A stretch of 60,459 bases of DNA, filler included. It is 5 parts of 5 records of this genome, joined end to end, with 100 filler letters (N's around TTAATTAATTAA, not from the genome) between each part and the next. Parts side by side here need not be neighbours in the genome. Positions count along the whole stretch, not along the records: positions 14,155 to 45,249 come from SRR2962707_907; positions 45,350 to 55,041 come from SRR2962707_908; positions 55,142 to 60,459 come from SRR2962707_915; 2 more parts are not named here. One strand, 5' to 3'. A program made the position numbers and the translations under genes. Positions 42,127-56,729 of this stretch are shown here, one piece after another (positions within the stretch are counted from its first letter, which is position 1; each line of letters starts with the position of its first letter). The notes under the pieces were generated by a model that was not told where the DNA came from, did not search any database, and saw nothing but the letters and a program-made list of their open reading frames with translations.

Positions 42127-43068
42127 ATGGAGAAAACAGTAACCATGACGCACGCATTTCAAACTGGAATTATCCCAGAAGCATCCAGTGATGCGCTTTT
42201 TGTTACTTTCAATCTAGTACGTGATCGTGTGGCGCAAGCGAAACAAGCGCTAGCGGCCTCAACAGACATCATTCAGGCCATTGAACAGCAGTTTCCTGAC
42301 GCCTCATTGTGCGCCTCTATCGGTTTAAACCACGCTGTCTGGCCGCTTTTTGATGACGCCAAACAGCCTAGTGGCTTAGCCCCATTCCCTCATTTTAAAA
42401 ACCAATCTATTGACGTCAATGAAACCGCAGGCGAACTGGTCTTTCATATTCGATCAATGCGCCGAGATGTCACCTTTCAGTTGGCAAACGCCTTGTACCA
42501 AGCCTTCGACCAAAGCCTTGAGATAGTAGAAGAAGTCAGCTGTTTTAAATACCTTGATAACCGAGATCTAACCGGTTTTGTCGACGGCACGGAAAACCCA
42601 GAAGGCGAACAACGCCAGCAGGTTGCCTTAGTCGGCAAAGAAGACCCTGATTTTGAGCACGGCTCCTACCTAAACTTGATGCGTTTCGTCCACGATTTAG
42701 AAAAATGGGAACACCAAGACCTAAAGAGCCAAGAAGACGTTTATGGCCGTACTAAATACGCCAACGAAGAATACCCGTCTGCACAAAAATCGCCTCATGC
42801 TCACACCAAACGAACCTCGTTAAAAGACGCCAATGGTCAATCGTTAGAAATATTGCGTCATAGCATGCCCTTTGCGTCACTAACGGAAAAAGGCTTGATG
42901 TTCGCCAGCTACAGCAAAACGCCAAGCGTATTTAACCTAATGCTAGAAAGCATGATCAAGGGCGACGAAGAAGGGCATACCGACCACTTAATGAAGTTCA
43001 CCACGGCACACACAGGCAACGCATTTTTTATTCCTCCGACCAGCTGGCTCGCCTCTCTCGCTGACTAG
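42127..43068 (+). CDS. Dyp-type (dye-decolorizing) peroxidase
   Basis: RDLTGFVDGTENP (GXXDG), AHTKR, ILRHSMPF. Confidence 0.93.
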   Translation: MEKTVTMTHAFQTGIIPEASSDALFVTFNLVRDRVAQAKQALAASTDIIQAIEQQFPDASLCASIGLNHAVWPLFDDAKQPSGLAPFPHFKNQSIDVNETAGELVFHIRSMRRDVTFQLANALYQAFDQSLEIVEEVSCFKYLDNRDLTGFVDGTENPEGEQRQQVALVGKEDPDFEHGSYLNLMRFVHDLEKWEHQDLKSQEDVYGRTKYANEEYPSAQKSPHAHTKRTSLKDANGQSLEILRHSMPFASLTEKGLMFASYSKTPSVFNLMLESMIKGDEEGHTDHLMKFTTAHTGNAFFIPPTSWLASLAD

Positions 43069-43087
43069 CCTCTCCCTTTCCAACACC

Positions 43088-43127
43088 CCAGCGACGACAC
43101 CACACACGGTCGCTGGTTTGCCTTTCC
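43088..43127 (+). terminator. Hairpin after dyp
   Basis: CCAGCGAC..GTCGCTGG followed by a pyrimidine tract. Confidence 0.55.
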
Positions 43128-43168
43128 TCATCCTTTTCCTTGGCCATTTTGTTTCCTTCCACTGTTAT

Positions 43169-43248
43169 GAGCCCTCATCTTTACGAGCACTGACCTTCGA
43201 GAGCACTGACTTTCAAGGGCACTGGCCTGCCACAGCACTCACTGCGGC
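43169..43248. repeat. Degenerate 16-bp tandem repeat, 5 units
   Basis: GAGCCCTCATCTTTAC/GAGCACTGACCTTCGA/GAGCACTGACTTTCAA/GGGCACTGGCCTGCCA/CAGCACTCACTGCGGC. Confidence 0.65.
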
Positions 43249-43298
43249 TAAAACAGCGACCTAACCACGCCATTAAACCGACTGCGTATTATTCGCGC

Positions 43299-43330
43299 AA
43301 AAAAAAGGCCGCTCAATGAGCGGCCCTTTT
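43299..43330 (-). terminator. Intrinsic terminator of ppiD
   Basis: A8-GGCCGCTC-aat-GAGCGGCC-CTTTT. Confidence 0.85.
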
Positions 43331-43350
43331 AGTCTAAAAAGACGAGAATA

Positions 43351-45183
43351 TTACAGCGCTGTACGCTCAATATCCGCATTGTCTTCTAACAATTTCTGTT
43401 GCGCTTGCGTACTCATGGTCGCTTCTGTTTGATTCAGATAGCTTTCATACGCCTGTTTTTGGCTGTCTGTCGCTTCTTCAGAGCCCGCTGCCACCTTGTT
43501 CAAACGAATCAAGGTAAGATCACCATTCGTTAAGGTTTTCACCTCAACCACTGGCTTGTCTTTTGGATGCGGCATAGTGAACACCAAAGACGTCACTTCA
43601 TCTTGTCCACGCTTAGCCGAAACAACGCTCTTCCATTTAGTGCTAGACGCTGTTTTTGCCGCCTCTGCTTTCGCTTTAAGCGAAGCCACGGCTTTTTCTT
43701 GAACCACTTTAGAGGTCACTGCTGCTTTCGCATCAGCAAACGACTGCACAGCTTCTTCTTTATGATCTTTCAGATGAATAACAACGACTTCATCGTCATT
43801 CACTTCAATAAGATCACTGTTTTGATCATCTTTAAGAACCGTATCGCCAAAAGCAGCATTGATCACAGCAGGGTTGCTTGTTAATGCATCTGAGCCACCT
43901 TGACGGCTAAAGTAATCACTGGTCTGTACCTTAACGCCATACTCTTTCGCTAACGCGTCTAACTGATCACTGGCGTAAGCCAGATCCGTAATGTCTTCAT
44001 GAGCCCCTAACAAGGCATCACGGGTTTTGCTTGCGATAAGCGATTTTTCTAACTCGGCTTTTTTGTCTGCAAAACTTGGTACTTTAGCCTCAGAAATGGC
44101 ATTTAGTTTGATCAAATGGAATCCAAATTTTGTTTCCACTGACGCCACATCGCCTTTCTTCATACTAAACAAGGTGTCTTCAAACGGCTTTAGCATGGAC
44201 CCCTTGGCAATATAGCCCAACTCACCACCTGAGTTTTTAGAGCCAATGTCATCCGAGTACTGTTTTGCAAGATCCGCAAATTTTGCACCCGCGGCCAACT
44301 TGGCTTTGACTTCCGCCAAACGCGCTTTTGCTTCAGCTTCAGTGCGACTTGATGTGTCAATCAGGATATGTGACGCATCACGCTCTTCTTTCGCTGCACC
44401 CGCAGTGAATGCCTTGTAAGCGTCCTGCAGCTCAGCGTCCGTCACTTTTACCTTGTTATTAAAATCAGATGATTTAATCACAACGTAATCTACTTTTACT
44501 TCTTCTGGCGTTTTGAAATCGCTCTGATGAGCATCATAGTAGGCTTTTAACTCTGCATCAGAGATGTTTGTATTCTCAGCTTCATCCGCTAAAGAAAACT
44601 CAACGTAATCGTAAGAACGCTCTTGTGTCTGCAATTGAGCAATACTGTTTACCTGATAAGGTAGAACAAACTCAGACCCAGCAATCGCATTTCGTGTCTG
44701 CTGAATCAAGATATCTTCTTTAATTCGATTTTTAAACGCTAATGGCGTATAGCCTAAAGAATTAATAAAGCTTAAATATTTGGTTTGGTCGAATTTACCA
44801 TCCGTTTGGAATTGCCCAGCTTGCAAAAGGTAGGCATTCACTTGCTCATCAGACACACCCAGATCAAGCGCTGTCGCTTGATTGCTTAGCAGTGCACGCT
44901 GAATAAGTTCATTGATAGCACGGCTCTGCAGGACATTCTCTTGTAACAATGCAGGGTTTACGTTGCCACCCATCATAGAAATTAGCTGGCGACGCTGAGT
45001 TTCAGCACCTTGAAGCATTTGTGTACGAGTAATGTCCGTACCATCTACTTCCGCCACTTTATCGTTTGAATTAAAACTTTGAACTAAGGCATCGACGCCA
45101 AATAGAGCAAAAGTCACGACAATAAAGCCTACGATGATCTTTACCACAATGCCTTGCGACTTATCTCTTATATCTTGGAGCAT
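43351..45183 (-). CDS. ppiD: Periplasmic chaperone / parvulin PPIase PpiD
   Basis: MLQDIRD plus TM anchor, SurA-like domain, ASHILI..FADLAKQYSDD.GS...GGELG..FGFHLI; GGAGG RBS. Confidence 0.93.
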   Translation of the reverse strand: MLQDIRDKSQGIVVKIIVGFIVVTFALFGVDALVQSFNSNDKVAEVDGTDITRTQMLQGAETQRRQLISMMGGNVNPALLQENVLQSRAINELIQRALLSNQATALDLGVSDEQVNAYLLQAGQFQTDGKFDQTKYLSFINSLGYTPLAFKNRIKEDILIQQTRNAIAGSEFVLPYQVNSIAQLQTQERSYDYVEFSLADEAENTNISDAELKAYYDAHQSDFKTPEEVKVDYVVIKSSDFNNKVKVTDAELQDAYKAFTAGAAKEERDASHILIDTSSRTEAEAKARLAEVKAKLAAGAKFADLAKQYSDDIGSKNSGGELGYIAKGSMLKPFEDTLFSMKKGDVASVETKFGFHLIKLNAISEAKVPSFADKKAELEKSLIASKTRDALLGAHEDITDLAYASDQLDALAKEYGVKVQTSDYFSRQGGSDALTSNPAVINAAFGDTVLKDDQNSDLIEVNDDEVVVIHLKDHKEEAVQSFADAKAAVTSKVVQEKAVASLKAKAEAAKTASSTKWKSVVSAKRGQDEVTSLVFTMPHPKDKPVVEVKTLTNGDLTLIRLNKVAAGSEEATDSQKQAYESYLNQTEATMSTQAQQKLLEDNADIERTAL

Positions 45184-45249
45184 TATGCCTCCGAATGAAT
45201 GAATGATATTTCGTAAATAAAAAAGGTGCATTCCGCTTGGAATACACCT

Positions 45250-45349
45250 NNNNNNNNNNNNNNNNNNNNNNNNNNNNNNNNNNNNNNNNNNNNTTAATTA
45301 ATTAANNNNNNNNNNNNNNNNNNNNNNNNNNNNNNNNNNNNNNNNNNNN
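45250..45349. other. Artificial contig spacer
   Basis: N-run with TTAATTAATTAA. Confidence 0.98.
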
Positions 45350-45632
45350 TTTTTCCGCCCGCTTGTTAGTTTTGCTTTCGCGTTGGGCTGCTTTCTGCCG
45401 GAGAGGAGGGCTTCGGGGCTTTCTTGAGACGGGGTTTCGAAATCGGGTCTGGGCTGCACTCAAAGCAAAGTGTCTGAGACATTCCGGTTTTATTTTTTTC
45501 GTGTTTTTGTGCGTCGCTCGCTCGTTCACTCGCTCGTAACGAGGGGGGCTTGTTTTTTCTTTTTTTTGCTGGCAGCCGAAGCTTCTTTTCGTTCTTCTCT
45601 CTTCTCTGTTGAATTGCTAAAAAAAAAAGAAG

Positions 45633-49042
<3,410 letters not shown>

Positions 49043-49144
49043 CGGCACGCAAGCGTTGGCGCCAACCAGCTGCCTGTTAGTTCGAACCGTTCTGCAGTTT
49101 GTTAAATTAATTAAAATTGGACAACCCGAGTTACTGCGATACAA

Positions 49145-52100
49145 CTACTTTTCATTGTACCAGGCATCTGCACCCCCGCTGCCGCCATATCCATCGTCGT
49201 AGTTGGAGTTGTAATCGTAAGCAGCACCGTCGGCGACCGCGCCGCCATTGTACGCTGCATCCTTGTTATCCTCTTCGTAGTAGGCAGCAGCTTTGTCCTC
49301 GACGTAAGGGTCCCGTGGGGTCACAAAGTTGTGAGGCCGATCGTAGGTTGATTCATTGGTGGCCGAATTGAAGTAAAATTCAGTTTTGGAGTTTTCATCG
49401 TAGTATCTGCACGCAAGCAAACGAGAGCATGACCGTTGATCGTTCAGCAAGATTGGCAACTCGCCCTCACACGCAGACAGTCTAGCGAATCCCACGCACT
49501 TCGACCAGTGTTCGTCACCAGTCTCGACTGGGCCTGGAGTTGTGTAATCTTCTTCAGCCGGGTCCACGTATGATGCCGGCCGGTCGTAGGTGGACTCGTT
49601 AGAGAAAGAGTTGTAGTAAAATTCACGGCCTGTTTCTTCGTCGTAATACCTGCACGGGATCACAAAGCAACGCAGTGTTGGCGGTCAATGTTGGTGGCAT
49701 GCATTGATGGACTCGCATGGCATCCAAACAGGCGAACGTGTTTTCTCGAATTTTACGCACTTGGTCCAGTTCTCTGGTCGGTTGATCACATCAGCGTATT
49801 GGTTTTGCATGCGAACCTGCTCGTCAACGACGGCCATATTGCTGATTGCATCAGCCTGGTCTCGAGGTGTAACAAAACCGTCTGGCCTTTTGTAGGAATT
49901 CTCGCCCGTATCTGGATTAAAGTAGAATGTACGTCCACTTTCGTCGTCGAAATACTTTTTCCATCCCTGATAACAAAAATGCCGTGGTTTGTCATAAATT
50001 TGTGGCAGCACCAAACTGAAGATCAAATGTGCACAGGCCACACATGAAGCCGGCCATGGCAGCATTCTTACCTCTTCCAACTCCTCCGCGTTGCGAATCT
50101 GCGCCCGGGCAGCGTCTTTGGCAGTCACTTGCAAATCCATGCCGGGCGGCCGCTCATAGACCAGCTCGGCGGTCTTCTGATTGAAGTAGTAGTGGCGAAC
50201 CTGATCGTCGTCAAGATACTTGGCCCATGGCCAACCGCCCACCTCCACAGGTTCTTTCCCATTAGGATCGCGCAAGAACCAACCAAAGAACTCGTCCTGC
50301 TCAACCTCCGTCGGCCACTTGCAGGGGAACTCACCATCGCCATAGTCAATACGTCTATTGTAAAAGTCATATCTGTAAAATCGAACAACAGGGCCAACGT
50401 CACCTGCCAGCTCAAACTCAAGACACCAATGACCATGTAATGATGCAACGGAAAATCTGAAAACTCACAGAGCTCGGAACTTGTGTTTCTTACGCTTGCC
50501 ACCAAAGTGAATGGAGGACCAGCACTCGTCACAAAAGTACTCTTTACACTGTTTGCACTCGGTCGTGGCATGGTAATACTCGCAGTTCTCGCACACGGGG
50601 GGAGCCATCAAATTGAGCAGAGCCTGCGGTTTCCTCGACCGAACTTCGGATGTGTGCATGTTGAAGTAAATGTTGCGCTCCTCTGTGGCATCCCAAATGG
50701 TCTTCCAAAAGTTCGCCACCTCTTTCCTGCGCTCTTTTGCTCGTTTCCGCCCCAGCCGTCCTCGGCAGAGTGCTTGGATTGCGACTGCTGCCCACTTGTC
50801 CAACGCATCCTAGAGAAATGGGTTGCACAGGCAAGTTACACACGCGACGCGGCTCGCGGTGATCACGTCCAAACTCTGCTCCACCGCATGACATCAGTGA
50901 CGAACCTGCTTTGCAAGGTGCAACAAGAGCCGCATCTGCTGATCCCGTGCCTTTCGACGACCCCATTTTCCACGCAGCCACCTCTGCCCCAATCGCGCTG
51001 CCTTCTCCAGCGCCTGCGCATGCTTGATACTTTCGTTTTGCTTTGCACGCAGGGCAACTTTGGCCGCCAACATTCTCGCCGCGGATTGCATCACAGTTGC
51101 CGCCTTTGTCTTGCGGTCCAATTCAAGAGCGTCAAACCATTTTTTCAAACGCAGCCGTTCCTTCCGACCTCGAAGGACACCCTGGAGCATGGTCGCCGCT
51201 TGAGCTTTCTTCATGTCTGTAACAATTCTCATAATGCGCGAATTGTATCCGGCACGCATGCGGTACAGACTCTGCAAGGTTCATGCAACCACAGCAGCGA
51301 AAGAAACGCAATTGTCAGCTTCAGTGATGCAGAAAACCAGGAAAAGCAGGCAACCCTACACCCAGGTGGCACGAGCCTGTATCTGCGTAGCGGCTGCACT
51401 GCGTTTGACCTCGTTTTGTGCGTTCTCCCGGCGACGCCGATCTGCCTCTTTGCGCGCCAACCGCACGCGAAGCAACCGTTGAACGTTGACGGACGCGTCG
51501 TCTTGCTTCTTTGCCAAAATGGCCTTGTAAGCCAAAATCAACTTAAACTGTCTGCGTCCTACAAGTCCTCGCCAACGCTGCTGGATTCGGGTAGCCAGGC
51601 GACTAGCCTTCTCTTCCCAGGCGCGCTTGGCGGCCATCATGAGGCCATACAAATTCCGCGCAGCAAAGTGCCTCCACGCACACTGAAGTGTGAGGGCAGC
51701 CTCCGCACGGCGCTGGATCCACGCAGCATGCCGCTTTTGCCGAAGAATACGCTTTGCCTTAAGTCGCCTGGCGACTTTTTGAACGGCTTTGGCAGCATCC
51801 TCTTCCTTCTTTCGCTGCCACTTGACGAGCAGAAAAGCCCTTTTAGCCTGCCGCCTCCGCCATAGACTTTGCCACTTTAGTGCTGCCCATTCCTTCAGGC
51901 GCCGTTCTTTGGCCTTGGCGACTGCCTTGAGAGCCTTACCGCGGCGATACCTAACAAAAAAACAACACCAGCAAAGCCGGCAGCCAGATTATTAGCGGGT
52001 TCCACGCAGAAAGCCAACCCGTGGGTATGTTTCTCACTGTCTTGGCCCGCGACAAAAAGAAGCAACGCACAAGCTTTGCATCTTCACGGCGGCTTTCCAG

Positions 52101-54964
52101 GCCACGGCAAAGTGGTCGATGCGCCGTTTTTCTTGTGCACGGAAATCTGGAGCGTAGCCGTGAAAGTTCTCCGTCCGCTTGATGGAAACATGCGTCCAAG
52201 ACTGCACACAATATTCGAAAGCCAAGTGCACATGTATCAATTCCTGTCGTGTGTTCGAGGTCTGCTTGCTGCTTCCGAACCGGGCCACTCATGCTGCACA
52301 CGTACCTGACGAAGGCCCTTCAATGCCACGAAAGGCACCGTGCAACCAATCACGTTGAGCGTTAGGATACTGGGACATTTCTCCGCAAGCCAAGCGAGTC
52401 CCGTCTCCGTTACATCTGGCATGCCTGCCAAGTTCAAGTACTCTAAGCCAGGGGCCATGTTGGCCTCTGCAATTGCAAGAAGAGCCAAATCGCTAATTTT
52501 GCAGCAGCCTGGCATGTTGAGGTGGGTGAGATGGCGGCAGCCTCGCACAAGTGCTTTTACGCCCGAGTCTGTGATGTGGTGCTCGTCGCACCCCTCAAGG
52601 TTCAGCTTGTCGAGCATCGGGCAGCCGCGCGCAAGGTCACGCAAGACTTTGTTGTTGACCTGCAACGGAGCAAAGAAAAAACACCAAAAGTGAATGCATT
52701 GAATGCAAGCTTGGGCAAGGAATGCTTGCAGTTGTGTGCAAGCACCGCTCACCTTTGGACACTTAAACAGATCGAGCACTCGGAGATCCCGACAGTTTTC
52801 AGCCACGTGGCGAAGCCCCTTGTGCCCAACATTCGGACACTGCTGCAAGTACAGTTCCTGCAAACGAGGACAATTACGAGCGATGCACCGCAACGCCTGG
52901 GTCCCAATCTGAAACACTCGCTTCAGGTTGATGTATCTCAAATCGTGACAATTTTGCGACAGTGCGACAAGTCCGCGCGGAGCGAAATCGCGCTTGGCAC
53001 CGTTTGTGAGGAACACGAGCCCTTGTAAGTCTAAACGCTGCAGTTCGACAAACGGGAACTCGGAGTGAGAGCGAAGCAGGCACTATTAGCCAAAGTACAC
53101 CCCTAGCCTGTGCCAAGTGATAAGTCTAGCGCACCTGCATACGCGGGCACCCCTTGCCAATCTCAGTCATTCCAGTATCCGTGATTGCTTTGTCACCTGC
53201 CAGTCGCAGATCAATCAGTGCTGGGCAGGCCGCACATAAAACCCGCATCCCGGTGTCCGTAACTTGGAAGCAGTTGCTGATGTCCAAATACCTGAGCGTG
53301 ACCGCGAACGCAGCACCAAAATAGGCATGGTCAAGTGGACATAATCCAAACACATCGGAAGGCACGCTTCCTTTACCATTTCACAGGAAAGGCGATTATG
53401 CCACGGCACGCACGCAAGAGCGACGCATCCCGAAGCAAGCCATGATATGCCAGTGTCGGAGATTTTCTCCAAATTAGCCAACTCCAGGTGGCGAAGCCCC
53501 AAGCATCGCTCTGCGAGAGATAGCAACGATACGTCGGTGATCTTGTACCTGGATTTCACACAGCAGCAACAAGCTATTGGTGCTGCCGAAATCATGGGTT
53601 TACGCTTTTCATTCAAACGGGCAGCAAGTGCGAGTTGGACTGAGCCACCCATGTCCTCTGACGGGAACTCGACCGGCGGTTTGAGTCACTTACTTTTGAT
53701 CTTTTCTCGACAGCGCTACGTACACCAGCCCAGGACAGTGCATGGTCAAGGCCATCACGGCACCATCGGAAGTGTTGCAGCACTCCCGCAGGTCGATGTG
53801 CCGCAGATTTGGGCACCGTTTCGCGACCACAGTGACATCTGCATCAGATAAGTTGGCGCAGAATGACAGATCCACAACCTCGAGATGTGGAGCATCATTG
53901 AAAAGCCGCATGCACATCCAAGTCTTCAACCACGAGCAACGCCTCAGGTGAAGCTCTCGCAATGCGTGGCAGACACCGCCAATGGCCTCGGCCGCAGTTC
54001 CCGTCAGCGCCGGGCTCGTGGCGTTCAGGTTGAGGCTCAGCAGCCCCGGGTTGGCAACGCAAATTGCCCGGATACTGGCGTCAGTGAGGCGCACGCATCC
54101 CGCGAGGCTCAAAAACTCGAGAGTCGGGCACACGTGTGCCAGGGCAGAGATACTTGCATCGGTAATCTCCGAAGCGCCTGCAAGGTCCAGATGCCGAGTG
54201 CCTTGGAATTCCCGACCGTCCCGCATGGCCGGAGAGTTGGGACGCGAGCCCGACAGGAACGCCTTCAACGCCCCTCGCGTTGACGCCATTTGTGCCAGCA
54301 GCGCCTCGCGCGCCCGCACCTTTTGGTTGTGCCCGGCAAGCGTAAAGATCGTCTCATCCGTGACCAGCACTGCCCACGGCTTCAGCTGCAGCACTTCCTG
54401 CATCAGAAGATCCGACGGCACCCTCGTGAATCGAGCGCCTACGCCCAGGTCAGCCGTCTTCTTCTTCACAGCGTCCGTCACGGCCTTCAGCGCCCGCTGG
54501 CGCTTTCGCCGGGCCACATTTGCGTCGTAGTTGTCGTCATCTCCCTCGCTTCGATTGCCATCGCCTTCCGCAGGTGACGCGGGGGGCAGGAAGTCCAGCT
54601 CATGCCCAGAAGCCTGTGGAGATGACACTGGCCTGGACGACGACATTGACCACGCTGAAGACGATCCAGGCCGCACTGGGATCAGCGCTCTGCCGCCATT
54701 TCCACTCCCATTCCCGAAATCGCCGCCATCGCCCCCAACCGCGATGCCAACTCCACCACTGCTACTGGCCCTGCTGCTGCCTCTGCTCGCTAGAACCGCC
54801 TGCACAGACGGTGTCGAGACTCTGCGACGACTCGCTGGGCTGCTGGCACCGTTCACTGCAGACAGTCCACCGCCCGAGCCTGGTGGGACGTCGTGTGCCC
54901 GCGCTGCAAAGTTGGAGGATGCCAAAGCCTGCTTCAGCTTAGGGACGTGCTGCATCTCGCACAA
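49145..54964 (-). CDS. Multi-exon eukaryotic protein: FBXL/AMN1-type LRRs, IQ motifs, B-box-like zinc finger, multiple WW-like domains (may be more than one gene)
   Basis: LxxLxLxxCxxITD repeats (~52300-54200); IQ..WRG..GR motifs (~50740-51950); CENC..C..C...FC..CW...H..G....H (~50480-50600); W..Y.D...GR.FY.N..T.E..Y.RP repeats (~49330-50230). Exon joins only partly checked. Confidence 0.65.
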
Positions 54965-55014
54965 ACCCCGTCGAAACGGCGACGCGTCAACGTGGCATCA
55001 GAGGCACAACGCTC

Positions 55015-55041
55015 CAGTCAGTCAGTCAGTCAGTCAGTCAG
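55015..55041. repeat. (CAGT)n microsatellite at contig end
   Basis: cagtcagtcagt... up to the spacer. Confidence 0.9.
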
Positions 55042-55141
55042 NNNNNNNNNNNNNNNNNNNNNNNNNNNNNNNNNNNNNNNNNNNNTTAATTAATTAANNN
55101 NNNNNNNNNNNNNNNNNNNNNNNNNNNNNNNNNNNNNNNNN
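55042..55141. other. Artificial contig spacer
   Basis: N-run with TTAATTAATTAA. Confidence 0.98.
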
Positions 55142-55180
55142 GAGACCGTCTCCAGGGTTCGAATCCCTGTCGATCCGCCA
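55142..55180 (+). tRNA. 3' part of tRNA-Ser
   Basis: Part of a long variable arm, T-arm CAGGG-TTCGAAT-CCCTG, acceptor strand TCGATCC, discriminator G, CCA. Confidence 0.85.
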
Positions 55181-55300
55181 TTACCCCTTTTGTTGGCCAT
55201 GATGCGGTTTTACGGCTTTGGCCTGATCGTGTTGGGTGCCAGATTGAACCCGTTTATTTGCAAAGGGGCATCCCGTCTTAACCAGCGAAGTTAAATTTCG

Positions 55301-55744
55301 ATGATCGGGTATTTTGGCCTGTTTTCAGCAGCGTTCATCGCTGCAACCTTTCTGCCGATGCAGTCCGAGGCGTTGCTGGTCGCGTTGATGCTTGGAAACC
55401 AGCACGCACTGGTGATTTTGCTATTGGTTGCGACGGCGGGCAATGTTTTGGGGTCGGTGGTGAACTGGGTCTTGGGGCGGGTTGCCTTGCAGCTAAAACA
55501 TAAACGCTGGTTCCCTGCCAACGACGCGCAACTGGCCCGTGCAGAAATCTGGTATCACCGCTATGGGCGCTGGTCGCTGCTGGTTAGCTGGTTTCCGGTT
55601 GTGGGGGATGCGCTGACGATCATGGCCGGAGTGTTACGCGAACCGCTTTGGTCATTCGTTGCGATTGTCACGGTTGGCAAGGCAGCGCGCTATATTGCTT
55701 TGGCAATGATAACGCTTGCATGGTTTCCGCCCAGCGGGGGTTAG
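55301..55744 (+). CDS. YqaA / DedA-family membrane protein
   Basis: SAAFIAATFLP..SE, GNVLGS..NW.LGR, RYG.WSLL.SW.PVVGD. Confidence 0.9.
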   Translation: MIGYFGLFSAAFIAATFLPMQSEALLVALMLGNQHALVILLLVATAGNVLGSVVNWVLGRVALQLKHKRWFPANDAQLARAEIWYHRYGRWSLLVSWFPVVGDALTIMAGVLREPLWSFVAIVTVGKAARYIALAMITLAWFPPSGG

Positions 55745-55845
55745 TTTCGCGCGGCCGACAAATGTTTGGCCGTTTGATCTGTGTGGTTGAAAAGGAAAAA
55801 GCGCCTGTTGGCGCTTTGTTCGTGTCGGGATGATCGACAGGGGGC

Positions 55846-56415
55846 TTAGCCGCCCCAGCTGCGGACCACGCCACAATCCATGTGTACGAAATTTGAACCC
55901 GAATATTTGCCAACGCCGCCGCCATGACATGCGATCGCAGCCTTGGCCATCTGGTTGACGGAACGTGATGCCAAACGCAAATCTGCCGCCTGACCCCGCA
56001 TATGGAGCGAGTTTTTCGCCACGCCGCGCGACCGCGAACGCAACATCGCGTTTGTTTGCGGGCTTCGGTAGCCGGACAAAAGCATGTAAGGTTCGCTTAC
56101 GTCCAAAAGGTTGTGCGATGCGGCCATGATATCGATGGTGCGCAGATCCATGGATTTCACACCATTGGTCCGCCAGTCGCGCATAAAGTGGTTCACTTCT
56201 TTTACGGCGTCTTTGATATAGTCGCCTTCGATCCAATAGATCATGTCGAGCCGTTCACCGGTGCGGCCAGAATACATCTTGATGCGGCGAATATCGCCAG
56301 CACCGCGCAGAAAACCTGCTGCATTTGCGAATGTGGGGGCTGCTGTTACTGCTGTCGCTGCAAATGCGCCCAATAGGGCGCGGCGGGATAAACCCGAAGA
56401 ATTATTACCAGTCAT
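55846..56415 (-). CDS. YcbK/MepK-like (DUF882, peptidase M15) Tat-exported protein
   Basis: SRRALL Tat motif, SGYRSP.TN, SLHMRGQAAD, GGVG.Y..SNFVHMD. Confidence 0.92.
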   Translation of the reverse strand: MTGNNSSGLSRRALLGAFAATAVTAAPTFANAAGFLRGAGDIRRIKMYSGRTGERLDMIYWIEGDYIKDAVKEVNHFMRDWRTNGVKSMDLRTIDIMAASHNLLDVSEPYMLLSGYRSPQTNAMLRSRSRGVAKNSLHMRGQAADLRLASRSVNQMAKAAIACHGGGVGKYSGSNFVHMDCGVVRSWGG

Positions 56416-56729
56416 GCGTCTAACGTCCCGTACTAAACCCGATCTTTCATGATGTTACATGCAAGATCTCAACTATCCCCAGATGCAACTTCTATATGTC
56501 ATAGAGCGATTCTTTTACCAAGCGCTGAATTGGAAAGGTTCCATGTATCAACAAATTTAGGCGAATAGTTGCGCAAACACTTGGCGTGTGTTCATTTTTG
56601 CAACAGCGGCGATGCTGAAACACATCAGCGCCGAACAATATGCCGCCCTCACACGTAATGTTATTGGACAAAATCAGATGGTTGCAGGCGTTATGAGGCC
56701 AGTCGTGTTTTAGGTCTTTGGGGGACTTG

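Noticed and set aside
43169-43248. CRISPR array
   Set aside because: The 16-bp units are contiguous and degenerate, with no spacers and no cas genes
50483-51865. 460-aa plus-strand ORF
   Set aside because: Antisense shadow of the IQ/B-box exons on the minus strand; no recognisable motifs
55142-55300. Genomic island at tRNA-Ser
   Set aside because: No integrase or att duplication follows; downstream genes are housekeeping
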